From positions 25,172,001 to 25,236,000 of the forward strand of contig CATNEN010000038.1 in NCBI GenBank assembly GCA_950097015.1: a stretch of DNA of 64,000 nucleotides, written 5' to 3'. Below the pieces are notes generated by a model. The model searched no databases and was not told the DNA's origin. It worked only from the letters and a program-made list of their open reading frames with translations. Shown here piece after piece: positions 60,582-64,000 of this stretch (the first letter of the stretch is position 1; each line of letters starts with the position of its first letter). The translations under genes were made by a program, and so were the position numbers. This DNA comes from Macrostomum hystrix (taxonomy: Eukaryota; Animalia; Platyhelminthes).

Positions 60582-61862
60582 TTTGTACAGGTAAGAATCT
60601 AGCTTCGATTCCATTTATACTGGTAAGAATCTAGCTTCGATTCCATTTGTAAAGGTAAGAATCTAGCTTCGATTCCATTTGTACAGGTAAGAATCTAGCT
60701 TCGATTCCATTTGTACAGGTAAGAATCTAACTTCGATTCCATTTGTTCTAGTAAGAATCTAGCTGCGATTCCATTTGTACAGGTAAGAATCTAGCTTCGA
60801 TTTCATTTGTACAGGTAAGAATCTAGCTACGATTCCATTTGTTCTAGTAAGAATCTAGCTTCGATTCCATTTGTACTTGTAAGAATCTAGCTTCGATTCC
60901 ATTTGTACAGGAAAGAATCTAGCTTCGATTCCATTTGTACAGGTAAGAATCTAGCTTCGATTCCATTTGTACAGGTAAGAATCTAGCTTCGATTCCATTT
61001 GTACAGGTAAGAATCTAACTTCGATTCCATTTGTTCTAGTAAGAATCTAGCTGCGATTCCATTTGTACAGGTAAGAATCTAGCTTCGATTTCATTTGTAC
61101 AGGTAAGAATCTAGCTACGATTCCATTTGTTCTAGTAAGAATCTAGCTTCGATTCCATTTGTACTTGTAAGAATCTAGCTTCGATTCCATTTGTACAGGA
61201 AAGAATCTAGCTTCGATTCCATTTGTACAGGTAAGAATCTAGCTTCGATTCCATTTGTACAGGTAAGAATCTAGCTTCGATTCCATTTGTACAGGAAAGA
61301 ATCTAGCTTCGATTCTATTTTTACAGGTAAGAATCTAGCTTCGATTCCATTTGTACAGGTAAGAATCTAGCTTCGATTCCATTTGTACTGGTAAGAATCT
61401 AGCTTCGATTCCATTTGTACAGGAAAGAATCTAGCTTCGATTCCATTTGTACAGGTAAGAATCTAGCTTCGATTCCATTTGTACAGGTAAGAATCTAGCT
61501 TCGATTCCATTTGTACAAGTAAAAATTGAGCTTCGATTCCATTTGTACAGGAAAGAATCTAGCTTCGATTCCATTTGTACAGGTAAGAATCTAGCTTCGA
61601 TTCCATTTGTACAGGTAAGAATCTAGCTTCGATTCCATTTGTACAAGTAAAAATTGAGCTTCGATTCCATTTGTACAGGAAAGAATCTAGCTTCGATTCC
61701 ATTTGTACAGGTAAGAATCTAGCTTCGATTCCATTTGTACAGGTAAGAATCTAGCTTCGATTCTATTTGTACAGGAAAGAATCTAGCTTCGATTCTATTT
61801 ATACACATAAAAATCTAGCTTCGATTCCAGTTGTTCTAGTAAGAATCTAGCTACGATTCCAT
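60582..61862. repeat. Satellite, 32-bp unit (GTAAGAATCTAGCTTCGATTCCATTTGTACAG)
   Basis: About 40 copies; 288-bp (9-unit) higher-order duplication. Confidence 0.96.
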
Positions 61863-62409
61863 CAAATTTATATAGCTCCAGCTTGAGTTCTGACCTGCCC
61901 TAAACAAGCTCATGTATGAAATATCTTGACAACTAGTTTTTTTCAAATAATTTCTTTTCGTTAGTCATTTTTTAGAGCTTAGTTGAATGTTCACTTTTTG
62001 CTTGTGTGGTAAATTCATATTTTAAGTTTTTAGAAAAGTTGTCGATTTTCATTACAATACGGTTGCCATTCGTATTTAAATTTTGATACCGAAAAATTGC
62101 TTTGAAATTCTCTTTGTGAATTCTGAAGCTATCAATGCCTCAGTATCTTCAATACTATCGCGATATTTATTTCAATAGGCTGTGTCAATTTTTCTAAAGC
62201 CTATAGAATTTGGAAGTATAATACAATGTCGATACATAGAAATGTCTCAGTGCTTGCAAACAAACAAAATTAAGCAGTGCCAGATAAAATATGTATAGAA
62301 AATTCAAATGCGGGTTCATATTTTAGAATTATGCGCCAACAGCTTAAAGAGGACAAATGACTTTGGGGAGCCTTCTTTCGCCTTCATCAACTGTCTAAAA
62401 TGAGCTGAC

Positions 62410-64000
<1,591 letters not shown>

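Overview
Eukaryotic (animal) genomic DNA with spliceosomal introns, most likely from a free-living flatworm of the Macrostomum type. That assignment is inferred from a near-copy of the Macrostomum spliced leader (sequence recalled, not searched) and the dense minisatellites, which cover roughly a quarter of the window. Most long ORFs in the supplied track are artefacts of tandem repeats. Genes reconstructed by hand: three exons of an Unc-13/Munc13-type C2A domain (minus, 1.9-13.1 kb, mostly missed by the ORF track); an intronless atypical class A GPCR; a 14-exon SLC5 sodium:solute symporter; two PAN-like + fibrinogen-domain (FReP) paralogs with a truncated cytochrome P450/FReP chimera between them; a 6-exon STE-like kinase with a long coiled-coil tail; a DUSP14/18-type phosphatase; and a PAN-like + C-type lectin gene. 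Mobile DNA includes an intact DD34D mariner with 113-bp TIRs, degraded hAT and mariner pieces, several MITE-like elements and two tRNA-derived SINE families, one CORE-type. The best leads are the FReP pair (central part homogenised, ligand-binding end diverged), the orphan spliced-leader-like sequence, the CYP-FReP chimera and a 32-bp satellite whose unit reads like a minimal intron.
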